A stretch of DNA of 64,000 nucleotides from Camelus dromedarius (taxonomy: Eukaryota), in assembly GCF_036321535.1 (NCBI RefSeq), contig NC_087437.1, positions 100,442,001 to 100,506,000 on the forward strand, given 5' to 3'. Of this stretch, positions 49,161 to 61,500 are shown piece by piece. The stretch's first letter is position 1; each line of letters starts with the position of its first letter. The notes below the pieces were generated by a model. The model was not told the origin of the DNA. It ran no database searches and was given only the letters and a program-made list of their open reading frames with translations. The translations under genes were made by a program, and so were the position numbers.

Positions 49161-51214
49161 AGAAAAATTAAAATTATATTGAAACAAACCCTAAACTTAT
49201 TACCAATTGAGGTCTACTGCAATGAAGTTTTGTCCATCCTAGTAAGGTAAGCAGGATGTGCAGTTTTGCCAGGCTCTCAGAAGTCGTTACTCCTATGTTT
49301 AGTCTAATGTGCCATTAATTCCAAGAACTGATGAATGGCACTCATATAGAGATGGCACTCCTGTGGTATCATTTGATCTGCCAAACAAATCATGAACTCT
49401 ACTCAATTACATATTTTTATTAGAAATGTACATTTATTGAGTATACAATGAGGCTGTTTTATGTGAACTGTAGCTCCTTCATCCAGATCTGTACTGATAT
49501 CTTCTTTAGAGCTCACTAAAAATTTAAAACTTGAATGAGTTTTAAAGTTCAATTCGAGTATTTGTTTTATAAACATAGTTTAAAATATCCCATGCAGTGG
49601 CAGATGAAACAAAAAATTCAAAAAATATAATATACTGACTACTTCATATACTTGGACAAATTACTTTTTAATCTAGAAAAGAATGTGAGTAGCCCATTTA
49701 ATCTGTATCAGCAAGATATGTGTCATTCTATAGACTCCTGAAGTGATTTTGTTTCTTCCACCTCATCAGTTCGAATTAATATAAGAGAAACAACCATTGC
49801 TATTATTAGAGATCCCAGTGAGTTTCCCAAATGACTTTACAATTTTAATTGCATTTACACGTGTAAATAGCTCTGAGCACTAATTTGTTTCTTCAGCAGC
49901 TTTTGAAAGGTGATGAATCCAAACGCAGTTAAATGAGTTGATACTTTTGAGGAACTGAGTTATAAGTACTATCCAAGCCAGTTCAACAAAAATCACACTA
50001 CAACTCCCTTAACTAATAAAAATCCTGAGGGCTAATGTAACTGACATCTTAACTACCACAGAAACTTCAAAACATACCTCAAAGATGTCCATGTGACTTC
50101 GTGTCTTGAGTTCATGGTTTTAGAGAACCAAGACCTTACCTGGCAACGATAATTGCTAATTTTTTTTTAAAGTATGTACTAGTTTCTTCTGGATAGAGGC
50201 TTTTAGAAATTTATATAGGCAGTATATTTCTGTATGAACAGTGGTATTTTAAAAAGTTAAGCTGTTCCTATTCAATAGTTTTTTTTTTTTTTTAAAGTCT
50301 TTTCCCACTTTCATTTCTGATTTTGTTACACCATTCTCACATACTTTGAAAACCCTCCCACTAACCCATCTGGCATGCTATCCCCATTTCTATTCTTTAA
50401 ATTCCTCTTTAGGATCAATATGCTTTAAGAAAACTTAGTTAAACCCATAAAAGAGCAAAAGCCACTCAACTGTAGATCTTTCTGTCTACCTATCACTGTC
50501 ACCCTTTTAAAATAAAGATATTTCCACGCTTACATTTAACATGCCTATTGTAGTAACATAATTTTTCCCTCTCATATGATGATACTAAAAAATAGCCACA
50601 AAACCCAAAATACTTGAGTTCTATCACATGTCCCCATTACATTCTGCTTTTACCCCTAGCCTCTTAAGAAGACCTTATTTATGACTTGGTGGTAATCATA
50701 AATAAGCTAGGCAAGCTTCCTCTGACCTGTCAAACAGCATCATCTCTCAGCTGACTACGCCGATGCTACATGGCTTTTACTTCACATTCTTGAATTGTAT
50801 CATCCGACTGCCTCATGCATGTTTACTCTGTCAATTAGCTTTCCGTCTGAATTTGACTACCATATTTCATTTCCTAATTAAAGGACTGGTTTCATATAAT
50901 TTGGTATCCCATAGGTAGAGTAAATGTATCATAACCAATAGTTGGATGCTAAGCTGTAATGCACACATCATCATATCAGTAGGAGACTGTGAAGTGCTCA
51001 GGCCGTAAGCACTTTTACTCCAAACTTTAAAAAAAAAAAAAAGCAAAAAACAATTAGAGGACTGGCAGTATTGGTTTTCCAAATGGTAGGTTTGTGTGTT
51101 CTTTAATTTTTAAATAAAGCAAGAAAATTTAGTTATGATTTAGGTGCCAGGTTGTTACCAGGCTGTGAAGGAATTTTAAGCACATTGCCTCCAAACACGG
51201 CCAACATTTGTGCA

Positions 51215-51281
51215 ACAACTGATGCACTTCTACTTCAAAGTCTTTTACAACTGATGCACTTCTACTTCAAAGTCTTTTACA
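51215..51281 (+). repeat. Perfect 32-bp tandem duplication
   Basis: acaactgatgcacttctacttcaaagtctttt at 51215-51246 and 51247-51278, followed by aca. Confidence 0.97.
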
Positions 51282-51564
51282 TGGAGGCTCACATTTGGCC
51301 CCGGGTAAAGAATTTTCCAAGACTTAAGGTGTTTTCTTTTTATGATTTTACTTTGGTTGCCAAGAAAGGCAGAACAAGCACCTGCGTGTTTATGTGTCGC
51401 CCATATTAAGCCCATGTGTATGTGCTTCTTTAAGCAAGTGTTAACTGTAAAAATGGGAGGAGAGCTAAACTTTGTTGTACTAAGAAAGACTGAGATATTA
51501 TGCCTTTGTTTCTGAGGATCAGATTCCCATTTCTGATAAAAGGAATAGAGGGAAAGTTCTGTTA

Positions 51565-51800
51565 AGTAGAGGTGGCATGCCCACAGCCTGAAGTCTGGAT
51601 CCATACTACAAAGCAAGTTCTGTTTAGCTTACAAGTTGTTCAAAAAAATTAGTCACTTAAAATTTTCAATTTCTTGATTTCTCTTAAAAACAACATCAGA
51701 AGATCTGACAGCAACTGGCTAGTAATGAAAAGCAGCTACCGACTGAACACTGGGCAAGTGCTCTTCAGTTCAAACACTTCTCACCACCCCTTCATGAGTG
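51565..51800. mobile_element. MER102-like hAT-Charlie fragment
   Basis: ttctcttaaaaa..tcagaagatctgacagcaactgg...gcagct...tgctcttcagtt..caccacccc. Confidence 0.55.
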
Positions 51801-52834
51801 CGCGGTACCCGTGACCTAGCGAGCTCTGCACTCATGCTGGTTAGTGACTCCTACGCTGTAACTAAGCCTGTGAGGTGACACAGGGCCGGATGCTTCTGTG
51901 TAAATAATGGTTGTCCCAATGATGCTTTGGCACCCAGTGTGACCAGGCTACTCTGCATTTGATGACCAAGCAGCGGCAGCCAAGCCATGATTCAAGGAGA
52001 GTTACTGCTTTTACATCAATTGCCAATCACAGCCACTCAGTGGGAGGATGCTCAGATTGTCTGAGTTGATGAAAGACAGATTAGATCGAAGGTGGGAAGG
52101 CAAGGATGGATATCTGCAGCACCTACTTCCTTCTTTAAATCCACAATAGGAGAGGTTTCTATCTCTTGCAAAATTTTATCAGTTGTCCTATATGCCTTAA
52201 CGAGTACTAGGATAAACCGTGCTCCATTCCCCTCCCTCTCATGCCACTTAGAGCCTGCCATGTTCAAATACCCAGCATACTGTTTAAAAGTAGCAGGTAA
52301 TCGCTAATGTCTGCATTGGAAGTAGATGGAATTACTGGCAACTGTACTAGGCCAATATACAGATGGGTTTAGCAACTTGCTTTTCCACATTTTGAGAATC
52401 ACTGCCTTAAAGAAAGATACACCAACAGGTGGTCTCTAGACAGCAGATTTCAGCTTTAGAGATGTTTATGCCATTTTAAAGTTTTCATGTGTGCTAAGAG
52501 AAGGATTAAGCAGTTAGAGCAGCTTAATCCAATAAATGAACTGTAAGGGCAAATTTCAGTCAGCAAAGAGTTCAGAGAGATGATATTAAAAGATAAATTT
52601 CAACGTCAAATATTCAAGGTAGCCAGAGCAGAACTGGGTTCTTGTAATGATGGATGTATAAACTGCAAATGATTTGTCAAAAAGAAAATCTCTCTCAGTG
52701 AATTTTACTTTTTCATTGTAACAGTTGGCAAAGTGGGGGAACACACCTACATAACAGCTGTTTATTACCAACGTACAAAAAATAACAATCCACACTCAAT
52801 TCTGCTCTCGAATTTAGCTACTTGTTTTAACCAA

Positions 52835-53040
52835 AAATGTCCAATACAACTCTCTGTGAAGAGGGACATGTTCTCTATGTGTGCTATACAGAATGGTAGC
52901 CACTAGCCACATGTGGCTACTGAGCATCTGAAATGTAGCTAGTGTGACCAAGGAATGGGAGTTTTAACTTAATCTTAATTAACTTAAATATAAATAACCA
53001 CATTGTGGCTAGGTCACCAAATTCGATGGGGCAGCGTGTC
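52835..53040. mobile_element. MER3 hAT-Charlie MITE
   Basis: tgtccaatacaactctctgtga...atggtagccactagccacatgtggctactgagca..tgaaatgtagctagtgtgac. Confidence 0.9.
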
Positions 53041-55349
53041 CCTAGGTCGCTGATGAAGCACAAGAAGGCACCTGGAAAAGAACATGAATGGAAGCTAGCC
53101 TTGAGATACTAAGCCCGCAGAGGCACAGAACATAAAAGCTAGATTTGTTTCACTAGCACATTAAAATATATTTTATTTAGACTATACTTTTTAAGTAGCA
53201 CAAAAAATTAAAAGTTATAGTATAAAAAAATTTGTCAATAATCCAATTATTGGGTTACAAGTAACCCTCTACTTGTTTAATTTTTTCTCCTTAATAGCTC
53301 TGAATGTACAAGATTTATTCTAAAATTTTTTCTGTGCATAAAGTTGTCATTACCGACTCCTAAAAAGCTACTCAAGTTATTTAAAATATGACTGAGTTAT
53401 TAGTTTTAAATATCCACTTATACGTGACACATATGGAGACAGTAATTTTCAGGGGGAGGAGGGGGTGGCAGTGGAAAAACCTTCCTAAAAACAGGCAAGG
53501 TCGAAAAGATACATTTACCTAAACAAAAGATAGCCTGGAATAAACCATTGTGACAAAGAAAATTCATGGTTCAAAAGTAAGAAATGTGCTAGCCATATGA
53601 ACTCTGCCCTTTATCTCCTGAACTGCTGTCTGCCCAGTTAAGGTTCTGACTAATTTTCTTAAAAATAAGAAATACAAAATGAAAAGCTGTCTTGTAATTA
53701 TTTATAAAACATTGGTTTTGCATCTCAACTTCTTTGCATACATCTGAATCACTATTCCTGAAATTCTAGTTGACTGTTCCTTATGTAAATGCTTTATAGC
53801 AGCATCTAATAAAGAGATACACTAGCAAGTGAATTTAAAGACTTTTATAATTCAATTACTACTACTGGTAGTAAATGGTAAAAATTAAGACTGATAGGAA
53901 ATAATCACTGCAACTCACCAACCATTGGATAAGAAAAATTAAAGCTTAAAAAAAAAAAAAGCAGTAACTGATGAATCATACTGCAAAATGCTAAAATAGG
54001 AATATTGTGGCTATGTATTATAACTGCATCATAGCAAGTCCAGAGTAAAAAGAACTTTGATCTGAACAAAGGGTTTGGAGAACTAATGTACAATAAAATC
54101 TTTCCATGATGAAACAAATACTTTTTAAAATTACGGTCCAATGCAACCTTTAAAAAAAATCAACATGGTAGAATTTTACCTATTGACATGAAAGATGTTT
54201 CTGATACATTAAATAAAAAGACATAAATGGTATATAGAGCCTGATTTCACTTTTTAAACACAATTTACTACTACACACACATTCTACTGTGGAAAATAAC
54301 TTAGAAAAATAAAAATATTAAGAGATTATTAGTAGATAGGAGAGATTATAAATCTTTAATGTTTTTGCTTCCTATATTTTGACTTTCCTGTAATATGCTT
54401 TTTTTCAATGAAAAAAGGAAACTTTATTATGGGAGAAACAAAGTCTTTTATCATTTTAAACAGTGAAAATTAAAAACATTAAAAAAATGCTCATAAGGAA
54501 ATATTTTGTTTTGGGAAAGAACGTAATGTTCCTTAGCCCAAGACAAGTTAGGCTTTAAGGTGTTGTACTGTATGTTCCAATGAACTAAGTAAAATAAAAA
54601 AGATTACAATACTGAAATGGTAAAAGACGCACATATCTAAAATATCCTAATATTCTGAAATTTTTTTTTTAAGATTGGGAATTTCCTTAGGCTAATGATA
54701 TATCTAGCAAAGAAAAGTATTTAATCTTCAAATGAAAGAAGTCCCCTTCCCCTGAAGTAAGATGATCACCATGGTATAGTTTTATCTGGGAATTGCAGAT
54801 GGAGACCCACAGACTTCAGAGGGAGTGAGGGAAAAAGACACCGATAAATGAACACAATTCATACTGCTGAAAAGAACTGTGGTGAAAGGATTTGCTGGGC
54901 AGCTGCTACATGAAGGAAATTACGGACGCCAGGGCAGAAAAACCTACTAAAAACCAAATCACAAAAAGGTAAACTCAGGATAAATTCAAACCTCGTCAAT
55001 GTACATAAAACACTGAATTATTCTGGCACAGGAGGAGTTGTTCAATACACAAATGAATCATAGTGATCTTTTCAGTAGAATTTCATCTTTTTAGATGAGA
55101 TGAAAACAAAACCTTTCTGTATTTCAATTTGAATCAATACTAACATTTGTATCATATACCATATTCCGCTTCTATATTCATCACAGCAGCCCTGTGAACA
55201 TAGGTGATGGTGTAATTTATTATCACCTCTGTTTGGTGTAAGTACTCCAAAAGTTAAGCAGTTGCATATCAGGAGGAAGAAGTAAATGGTGTTAGGACAG
55301 ACGGAACTAGATAAACAAAAAGTGTGGAAATGAGAAAGAAAGGGAGGAA

Positions 55350-56620
55350 ATGAGAGGAAAGGAGACAGAGTGCCTTTGAAGTGGGTAATGCAAGATGAGG
55401 GCAGCCAGTTAAGAAGACAGCTGGTCATGAAATGTCTTACATGTCATGTGAGGGAGTTAACAGCCTAACCTGAAGAAAATGGTAAGGAATCAATAGAGTT
55501 CTAAGAAAATGAATGGCATAATCAGATTTGCACTTTAAGACTTTTCTGGTGATACTGAGAGACAACTAGTGGTGTGGGGCAGTGATGGGGAAAGCAGAGA
55601 TATAGTCTATGAAAAGGATTAAGTGGGTCTTGATTGGTGAGAAGGAATAAAGGTCTTGGCAAAGGTGTGGCAGTGGGAATGAAAAGTCAGGAACAGACTG
55701 GGAAGAATTAACAGGACTCAGGGACAGACTGCATGGAGGTGGGGGGTGAGAGGGAAGTTGTGAGGGAGCAGGGCTGCTGCAAGTCCACAGGCCAATTTGT
55801 CTTTGCAAATTGAAAACCCATCCCTGCCAGGGCGCACAGCTTGAAAAGCAGAGCTCAGATAAGATTTCAGCCATAATTCATCACTGCACCTACACATGGA
55901 AAGTCTTGAAGAACCTGGAACCATTCATTCATTAAGGGCAGTTTTTCAAAATTTGGTCCCGAGACCACCTGCACAAGAGTCACCTGGACACTTGTTAAAA
56001 TACAAATTCCTAGACTCAACTGTAGACCCACTGAAACAAAATCTTTGGGGTATGGGACCTGGAATTCTATGGGAACCAAAGAGGAAGGAAATAAAAATGC
56101 ATGTGTATGTGGAAGTAAGGAGATAAATTTAGTTTGAGAAACTTAAATTCAAGACATCTGTAGGATATCTAAATGGAGAGGTCTAGCAGGCAGCTGGATG
56201 TAGAGGTCTGGTGCTTAAAAGAAAGATTTAGCCTGTGGTATGTTTCTGGAGTTCCACTAGCTTACAGAGGGTGTAGCTGTAACCAACGCAGTGAAAGAAA
56301 TAGAGGAGTGCAGTATGAGAAGACAGACAGGGACAGAATTCAAGGAATCGCTAGTTTTTCAGGGACCCGTAGTAGGCAACGAAACTTGGAAGAAAAGTGG
56401 GCAGAAATAAGACGCCAGAGCTAATTTATCACAGAACCCAGGAAGCTGAGTGTTTCAAGAAAGAGGGAAATGTTAAACGGCAGATTTTGAAAATGGCCAG
56501 AACCTGAAACTATTGTGCTGACAACCAGGAAGTCACCAGTGAAAGCAAAGGAGGCGGGCAAATTGCAGGGGCGCTGCAGAGTAAGCTGGGAGAGATAGGA
56601 GACCTTGCGTGAACGCTGCT
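55350..56620 (-). mobile_element. Long L2 fragment with nested MER5 (about 55938-56075)
   Basis: gaatggcataatcagatttgcacttta, ggatatctaaatggagaggtctagcaggcagctggat, gagtgtttcaagaa; nested gagtcacctggacacttgttaaaatacaaattcctag. Confidence 0.7.
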
Positions 56621-57619
56621 CTTCCAACAACTAAGGCTTAAGGGAAAGAGAGGAAAGCTTTTTCCCTTGATGTTTTCCTTTCTTTTAAATATGATAGACA
56701 CTAGCATTTCTGCCACTGTAATCATCTTTTTGGTCAACCTGCCAGGTTACGGAGAAGGTAACTACAGGGCGGCAAGATGATGTGTCAGTATAAGGTAAAA
56801 TGAATGGGGGGAGCGTAAATAAATGAACTGAGAGTCAGCGGTAGCAAAGAGAGGCTGTGAGATGCATTAAATTGTTCTATAATTAGTCTCAACTGAGAAT
56901 TGTGAGATTTTAATTTCTTTCCCCAGATACTTATGACTGTTATTTCTTTTGGTTAATAAATACACTGGTAAACTTAAAACAGTTTTCTGGAGGACTGATA
57001 CACTAAGTAGGAATTGTATTTTACTATATTGTATTTATTCTACTTTGTAGTATAAAAATAGCCAAAATGTTGATTGACATTGAATTTAAATTTAATATGG
57101 TGGGCCAAAGTAATATGGTCAAGATTAAAAAGGATACTTAAATAATAAATAACAGAAATGTTCTCATGGCAAATACTACAAAGTGTTAGTGAGAAAGCAG
57201 TAATAAAACAAAAGCTTTAAAATATTTTAGTGTCCCCGAAACTTAAAAATACCTCTTTAATATTTGAAGACAAAACTATAAAAGTATGAATAAAAGAGTA
57301 CTTCATGCTAATTCTGAAAACGTCCCCTCCAATACCACCAAACGTCCTGAACACACGGGCTGTTTTCAAAACAGACTAGCAATTGTCACTCATTAAATTC
57401 ATTGTAGATATTATTCCACCAGTTATCATGAGTTTATTAGATAGTAAAGGTGTCATTTAATATTTGTATAGTACTTTAGAGGTTGGAAAGTGCTTTTAAC
57501 TATTAAATTTAATCTCCGTATCGTTTAGAAAACGAACACTAAATGTGAATTTTAAAGAAGGTAATACGTGGAAAAATGTATCACTGATCGAATTTATACT
57601 TCATAAAAGACAAATAATC

Positions 57620-57790
57620 CTACACTGCCTTCTGCTATACCATATAATTTATTTATTCCATTGTCTTTTTCCTTTTCTAATGTAAGCTTCACAATGGCGG
57701 GGATTTGTTTTGTTAACTGTCTTATCCTTAGCTACCAGAACAACTACCAGAACGTAGCAGTTGCTCAATTAATATTTCCTGAATGAATGC
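57620..57790 (+). mobile_element. L2 3' tail
   Basis: tgtaagcttcac..ggcggggatttg...tgctcaattaatatttcctgaatgaatg. Confidence 0.75.
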
Positions 57791-58989
57791 GTTTAAGAAT
57801 TGCTATGAACATAGCTTTAAATTCTGAGATTCAGATTTTGATGGATATACACACAAATCATTATTTTGCCTTATTGTTATACAGTTAAGACAATAATGCC
57901 AAAAAGCTAATGGAAATAGTATTTAACGGAAATACACTAGTTTAGAATTATTTGTATATAAAGAGTCTTCCCTTGTTACAAGCTATGAATTCAAGGCTCA
58001 GGGTTTAATGGGTTAATTCCCCTTATCAGAATCCTAACAGATGGTGTGCCAAATTGGATTAGAATAATTTAAATCCACTCTAACTATAGTTGATAACATT
58101 TTGATAATTCTACAATGTTACTTAGCCACTTTGGTTTCAATCACTTATACATTTTTCATGTATTACCATATTTAAAATTTACACTTAATGTTCATTTCCT
58201 TCATAATGTGGAGTTTAAATTTAAGGTGCTGTAAAAGCACCTTCCAACATCTAAAGTGCTATATAAAGTTATACTGTCTTACCACCTGTCTCTTCTCTCT
58301 CTTTCTAGAAAGTGTTCCAGGCTCAGCTACTGGGGTGGATGAACAAAAAGGAGACAGTGTGCAATTCCAGGATCGGCGCTGACATTTTCACTTTTGTTTG
58401 CACTGTCTGCTTCTACTTACTTAGAACTCTATTGTCTCTTGAGAGGAAGACTAATGAGGGTAAGTATGTTAGCCTCCATCACCTGGATGGTTGAATGGAC
58501 AGAGAGCAGTGTTAGAACCATTGTCTCACTACCAGCTGACACTTGCAAGATTCTGTGGCAAATGTCAGTCTACAGCTCACCTTCCTCAACCCTTCTGGGC
58601 AGGAACTAGCAAGACTGACGTGCGTGTCGCTTCTTCCTAGTTCTTCCTTCCTCTCTGATCATTATCAATCCAACCCAAGAGTTCTAAAGACTATACTTTC
58701 CTGACAGATAGCTTGTTAGATTACAATCTATATGGAGATTGCATCATCCCAGTCTCTTGGCTCATCAGAAACATCTATTTTTGGCTATTCCACCAAATGT
58801 GTATTAATCAAATAATATCACAGGTAGAACTAACTTGTAAAAAGTAAGCATTTCTTGGGACCCAAACTTTGTTTCTTGCTTGAACAGTCACATTTGTGTA
58901 ATTCATCTGTAACTTTGCCTAAAAGTTACTTAATATCTCCTAAATTCTTAAGAGTTCATGCAATTTTCTTTGGAGGCAAAAATGATTTA

Positions 58990-59190
58990 GGCACTTGGAC
59001 TCTTTGGAATCAGAGAACTTAGGTTTGAACTTCCAAGCTGTGTATCCGGACTAGTTCCCCAGACTCTACTCATTTTCCCCATTTATCAAATTGGGATAAC
59101 GTAGCACATACCTCATATAGTTGAATTAAGAATGAAATAAAATAATGAATGTAAAGCATACAGTACCTGATAAACAACACCTGACTATTA
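58990..59190 (+). mobile_element. MIR SINE
   Basis: tttggaatcagagaacttaggtttgaa..ctcattttccccattt..tacctcatatagttg..gaatgtaaagcat. Confidence 0.75.
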
Positions 59191-60139
59191 TTTGGTAAGT
59201 CACTTACCTAAAAGTGTAAATCCCTTAGGTGTCTGACAGTTGGACTAGCTTCTCCCAACTAGAGAGTGATATTTCACTTCTTCCAGAGTGGGGAGAGAAA
59301 CTTAACTTTGTCTTCTTTCTTCACAGGCCAGTTTTATTTTGCATGTAATAGAAAAATTACCCTTTATTCCTGGGTAGATGATTTCTCTATATCAACTTTC
59401 TAATAACAGTTAATATAAATTATTTTAATCATGAAAAGTGTGTCCTGTTACTGAGAACAGATATTTTTCATTTTGAATTGAAAGATTTTCATTCTAGATT
59501 TAATTTGTTTCCATGTGTCTCATAAAACATTTCTTTTCATCTTTGTCAACACACTGGGAGAATGAATTATGAATCTGAACCAGAATGTCACTTTTATCTA
59601 TTCTAACAAATCCTTTATTTATAATTATGTTTCTATTAATAAGATATTCCGGGTAGTACATTCTGGTTCTTTGTTTTCAACTTTAAATCACTGATTAAAA
59701 AAAAAAAACCTACTTTTATCATTGATTTAAAAAGCACTCAGGATCATCAAATGCCTCGGGGTCATCACTGTGAGCAAACAGCTCTTTGCTGGGGTGTTCA
59801 GCATAACAAGAGCTGCAGTGTGTAGATGAATCTACAAACTCCCATTCTAAACACAGCCCTGTATAAAACTTCTTGCTCTATGTTTGGAGAAAAAATACTA
59901 TGTCTGTTTTTTATCCAAAAGATAACCAGATATCACTACTACTATTATTTGCTACATTTTTCTTTTGAATATGACACAAAGTTCTTCCATTAGTAAGATT
60001 CATAAAACTTTTAGTAGACTCCAGAAAGATCTCAGGAAACTCTGTTAAAGGACAGAAAAATTGCTAAAGAGTTCTGTTGCGGGCAAGTGTAAGGGAAAAA
60101 AATTTAAGAAAGACAGCCCTCTAAAGTCTCCTTTAGACT

Positions 60140-60950
60140 GATTCACTCCTCAAACACTCATTTATTACTTCTTGCCAGTCCTTGTGCTACTGCTGGTTAT
60201 AAATTAGTAAATAAAACAGACTCTAATCCATGTCCTTACAGAATTAACAAATGGGGGAGGGGGAGCACATTAAACAAACATGGAATCAACTGTAGTAACA
60301 AATTAGAGCAAGTGCCAGGAAGCAAAGGGTGCTATGAGGAAAAGTATATTGGGGTTGATGGTGGTGGGGGAAAGGAACCCTGAAGGGCAGGGAAGGCTGC
60401 TTTGAGAAGTAACTTTTTAAGACTCAGGGAAGGCAGGTTCTTTCTTTGGCGCCACCTTGCATATATTTTAGCTAGGCATTTATGTCTTTACCTTCCCCAC
60501 TGTTCACTCCAAGCCCAACATTTTTTTTTTTTTTTTGGCTGCAGGGATGGAGGGGGAATTCACTTATTTATTTATTCATTCATTTTGAAAAGAGGTATCG
60601 GTGGAATAAAAGTTTAAATTTAGAAATGTAGTTGAAATACCTATGGGGTATACAAGTGAAGATGTCCACAAATTAGTTGCATATATAGGTGTGCACTTGG
60701 GGGCAAGGAGGAGGCAGGAGGAGACCTGCTAGTTATCAGCATATGAAAGGTCATGAAAGCCCAAAGAGTGAGGACGGAAGGCCTAGGACAGAGTATGCCA
60801 ACATGTTAAAAAAAAAAAAAAAAGAAAATGAAAAGATGATCAGGACTAATCACAGGCATTAGGAAAACCAACAAGTGAATGCTATCAACACAGAGGGGCT
60901 GGTCTACAATTTAAAACTTAGAATATAGCAAAGGTAAAAGAGAGAAATGT
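60140..60950 (-). mobile_element. L2 fragment, rearranged around a SINE remnant
   Basis: attcactcctcaaacactcatttatta..tgccag, gggaaggctgctttgagaagtaac, caagtgaagatgtcca, gttatcagcatat. Confidence 0.65.
60521..60610 (-). mobile_element. Truncated camelid Vic-1-like tRNA-derived SINE (3' part only)
   Basis: T16 tail, then ggagggggaatt..ttatttatttatt..gaggta, matching my recollection of the reverse Vic-1 3' end; the tRNA-like head is absent. Confidence 0.55.
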
Positions 60951-60974
60951 CCATTTCTCACAGTGGTTACAACA

Positions 60975-61500
60975 GCTCTGGCATCAGAAACCTGATCTGA
61001 ATCTCTTCTCTGTTACTTACTATCTATATGACTTTAGGGCAGCTTGACTTGACCTCAGAGTCTTTGTTTCGCCACATATAAATGAGGATACTACTACTCA
61101 CCTCTTAGTCCTAATGGGAGACCTCCATAAATGTTTAGCTACGATAAATGCTCCAAGATGCTTAAAAATCAGTTGTAAAGTAAGGGTTTCCAACCATCCT
61201 AGTCACTTCTACAGGCATTTTAGCCACATACTGTATTACTAAATAAGAGAAAATAAATATTAATCCTTTCCTATTTAAAACTTAGATGGGCATATACTTC
61301 TAGCTGAATTGACAGAATAATAATACACAGAAGTAACTTGCTCGGGGTCTCACAGCTAGTAAATGGGGATTTGAATCTGGACAGTCAGGCTCTGGAGTGT
61401 GTGTGCTCCCTGCACGGCACCCTCCCACCCCCAACCTGGAGTTTCTGGACCTCAGGGGCACAGAATCAGGAACCTGTCCTCCTAATCACTATGCTACCAT
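60975..61500. mobile_element. MIR fragments (opposite orientations)
   Basis: tctggcatcagaaacctgat..ctctgttacttact..tgactttagggc; second aagtaacttgctcggggtctcacagctagtaaatggggatttgaatc. Confidence 0.75.

Noticed and set aside
51215..51281. 32-bp direct repeat as a CRISPR array
   Set aside because: The two copies are adjacent with no spacer, there are no cas genes, and the context is a mammalian intron.
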